Below are positions 61,887-64,000 of a stretch of DNA of 64,000 nt, in pieces. The first letter of the stretch is position 1. Each line of letters starts with the position of its first letter. The notes beneath the pieces were generated by a model. The model worked only from the letters and a program-made list of their open reading frames with translations. It did not search any database and was not told the DNA's origin. The DNA is taken from the NCBI GenBank assembly GCA_943788915.1, contig CALSSD010000010.1, positions 620,001 to 684,000 of the forward strand, in the 5' to 3' direction. A program made the translations under genes and the position numbers. The DNA is from an uncultured Acidimicrobiales bacterium (GTDB taxonomy: Bacteria; Actinomycetota; Acidimicrobiia; Acidimicrobiales; UBA10347).

Positions 61887-63068
61887 GTGACATCGGCATC
61901 GAGTAGGCCAACCGCAGATGTGCGCACCGAGCGCATGGCAACAGGCGGCGAGGCCGTTGCCAGACTCGACGATGGTCGAGTGATTTTTGTACAAGGAGCG
62001 TTGGCCGACGAGGCCGTCGTCGTCGAGATTACCGAAGCGAAAAAACGTTTCGCCCGAGGTGTAGCGGTGGCGATCACCGAACGCTCGGCGCATCGGGTCG
62101 AACCATCGTGTGTGCATGCGGCGTCTGGTGAGTGCGGTGGCTGCGACTGGATGCATATCACCGCTGCACAACAGCGTTTCTACAAGGAAGCCATCGTTGT
62201 CGAGCAGTTGCAGAGGCTGGGCGATGTCGCGCAGCCAAACGTGAGTAGTCCTGTGTTTGACCGAGGTCACCGAACGACCGTGCGATGCAGCGTGGTTGCT
62301 GGGCAGGCGGGTTATCGCACCCGGCGAAGTGAGCTGTCTTTCAACGCTTCGGAGTGCGCAGCCGCAGATCCGGCACTCGAGTCGTTGATCGTCGATGGCG
62401 ACTTCGGCGATGCAAGCGAAGTCACGCTGCGTATCGGGGCAGGGACTGGTGAACGAATGGTGATTACCAACGGGGACCCCGCCCGGGTGGTTGTGCCCGA
62501 TGAGGTCCAGGTCGTTGCTGGCGATAGCCCAGGAAATGCCGCTGTTCACTACCAGGTGGCAGGTCGTATCTTTCGAGTGTCGGCGCAGTCGTTCTTCCAG
62601 ACGTCGGGAGCAGGCGCTGAGGCGCTGGTAGCTGCAGTGGAACGCAGCCTGGCCACTGCCGAAGGCGATGTGGTTGACCTCTATGCAGGTGTTGGACTGC
62701 TGGGAGCCGGCGCTGCAAATGACCGGCTGCGGTGTGCTGTCGAATCCAACCCATCTTCGGTTGCAGATGCGCGGCACAACCTGGCCAGCCAGGTGCAGGT
62801 CGTTGGCTCACGGGTTGAGCGGTGGTCACCCACGCCGTTCGGAACGGTGATTGCCGACCCGGCGCGTCGAGGGTTGGCTAAGGACGGCGTGGCCGTTATC
62901 GATGGCACTGGGGCTTCCCACCTCGTGCTCGTGAGCTGTGACCCTGCATCCCTTGGACGAGACGCTGGTTTGCTCGCACAAACGGGATGGGAGCATCAAC
63001 ACGCCGAGGTCATCGACATGTTTCCCGACACATCACGTATCGAAGTGGTCAGTACTTTCGTCCGTTAG
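61887..63068 (+). CDS. TRAM-domain RNA m5U methyltransferase (RlmD/TrmA family)
   Basis: TRAM N-terminus, C-x6-CGGC, SFFQ, DLYAGVG, DPARRG, VSCDP, DMFP. Confidence 0.9.
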   Translation: MTSASSRPTADVRTERMATGGEAVARLDDGRVIFVQGALADEAVVVEITEAKKRFARGVAVAITERSAHRVEPSCVHAASGECGGCDWMHITAAQQRFYKEAIVVEQLQRLGDVAQPNVSSPVFDRGHRTTVRCSVVAGQAGYRTRRSELSFNASECAAADPALESLIVDGDFGDASEVTLRIGAGTGERMVITNGDPARVVVPDEVQVVAGDSPGNAAVHYQVAGRIFRVSAQSFFQTSGAGAEALVAAVERSLATAEGDVVDLYAGVGLLGAGAANDRLRCAVESNPSSVADARHNLASQVQVVGSRVERWSPTPFGTVIADPARRGLAKDGVAVIDGTGASHLVLVSCDPASLGRDAGLLAQTGWEHQHAEVIDMFPDTSRIEVVSTFVR

Positions 63069-63256
63069 CCCAGACCGGCTCTGAGCGGATGGGCTGATGC
63101 TGAGTGTCGTAGGTCATGAAAATGGAACGTGTGCGTGCCGTTGAAGACGCTGTGCTGTTCTAGACACACACGTTGACCGCTGCCGAGTCGGGGGTGTTTG
63201 GCTTGTGGGGGATGCGGCGAATGCCAGGAGTAGCCGGAGGCGAACGTGTAACCGCG

Positions 63257-64000
63257 TTAGCTATTGAAGATTTCGTCGGCGTCGCGGTCGTCCATACCAG
63301 CGAAGAAGTCGTTGACCTGTTCGTCGGCCTTCTCATCGGCTGAGTCCCACATTGCCGAGAAGCTCTTGCTCTTGGACTCGCGGGCTTCGATTTCTGCGAC
63401 TTGGCCTCGGGCATCGGCGATCATGCGGCGAGCCGCTTCGCGAGCCTCGTTGCGAATTTGCTCGGCCTCGAGTTGGGCGTTGTGGACGATGTCTACGACT
63501 TGATCCTGGGCGCCTGAGACAAGTCCAGAAGACGTCTCATGGCCGGAGCCCACGAGCTGGTCAATCTGAGACTGGGCGGTGGCCCTGATGCTGTCGGCAT
63601 CAGACATTGCTTGCTCGGTCATCATGCTCGCACGTTCGCTCGCCTGACCCAAGATCAAGTTGGCTTGTTCTATGGCCTCGGACGTGAGGCGGTTGGCCTC
63701 GTTGTCGGCCTGCGCAGCCTTGGCGACCGCTGCACTCTCAAGGAGTTCGGCTTTGCAACGGGTGTCAGCCAGAGCGTCGTGGGCCTCGCGCTCGGCGGCT
63801 GCGATTGCTTTCTCCGCTGCTTTGGCGGCAGCTGCAGCGACGTCGGATTGGGCGTTCGTCTTAATGCCTTCAATTGTCGCAAGCATGGTTGCAGCGTCGA
63901 GACGAAACTTCTCGGCGTCGGCAGAGGCCTCGGCGAGAAGCCGGTCGGTTTCGGCTTGAGAAGCCCGACGCAATTCCTCGGCCTTTGTCTCGGAACGTCT
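63257..64000 (-). CDS. Ala-rich coiled-coil protein (DivIVA/Scy-like repeats), 5' end outside window
   Basis: Open to the right edge; repeated A-x2-E-A-x2-I/L heptad-like pattern. Confidence 0.65.
   Translation of the reverse strand, partial: RRSETKAEELRRASQAETDRLLAEASADAEKFRLDAATMLATIEGIKTNAQSDVAAAAAKAAEKAIAAAEREAHDALADTRCKAELLESAAVAKAAQADNEANRLTSEAIEQANLILGQASERASMMTEQAMSDADSIRATAQSQIDQLVGSGHETSSGLVSGAQDQVVDIVHNAQLEAEQIRNEAREAARRMIADARGQVAEIEARESKSKSFSAMWDSADEKADEQVNDFFAGMDDRDADEIFNS

Noticed and set aside
61815..62777. Long N-terminal extension of rpe in the 548-aa ORF
   Set aside because: It is the antisense shadow of the RNA methyltransferase; Rpe similarity starts at about 61814

Overview
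A GC-rich actinobacterial chromosome segment. Gene order and protein types suggest class Acidimicrobiia (inference from memory of homologues, no search run). The housekeeping backbone is clpP, recA, purKE, miaB-miaA-dapF-hflX-dapC, lexA, ilvBN, menB, rpe and one tRNA-Leu(TAG), mixed with transporters and hydrolases. I found no CRISPR array, prophage, integrase or transposase. Main observations: (1) a coupled aldo-keto reductase + flavin monooxygenase pair resembling the sulfoquinovose monooxygenase (sulfo-SMO) pathway; (2) gammaproteobacterial-type genes, namely a FabY-like ketosynthase and an ilvY/class II ilvC/modF cassette with IlvY operators, placed where the native ilvC would normally be; (3) a DNA-damage regulon with SOS boxes at recA and lexA, plus a TGTCAC-N10-TAnnnT (RecA-NDp/PafBC-like) promoter motif at recA, a LysM gene and an unannotated 73-aa membrane protein; (4) a membrane-anchored, apparently catalytically dead LHH/HNH toxin-like domain coupled to an immunity-like gene; (5) four copies of a ~35-bp palindromic intergenic element; (6) a ~210-nt structured RNA candidate downstream of recA; (7) an ECF sigma factor coupled to a membrane protein with a ~110-aa Asp/Ser tail; (8) seven disrupted genes or fragments, suggesting gene erosion. 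All family assignments come from motif recognition and need database confirmation.
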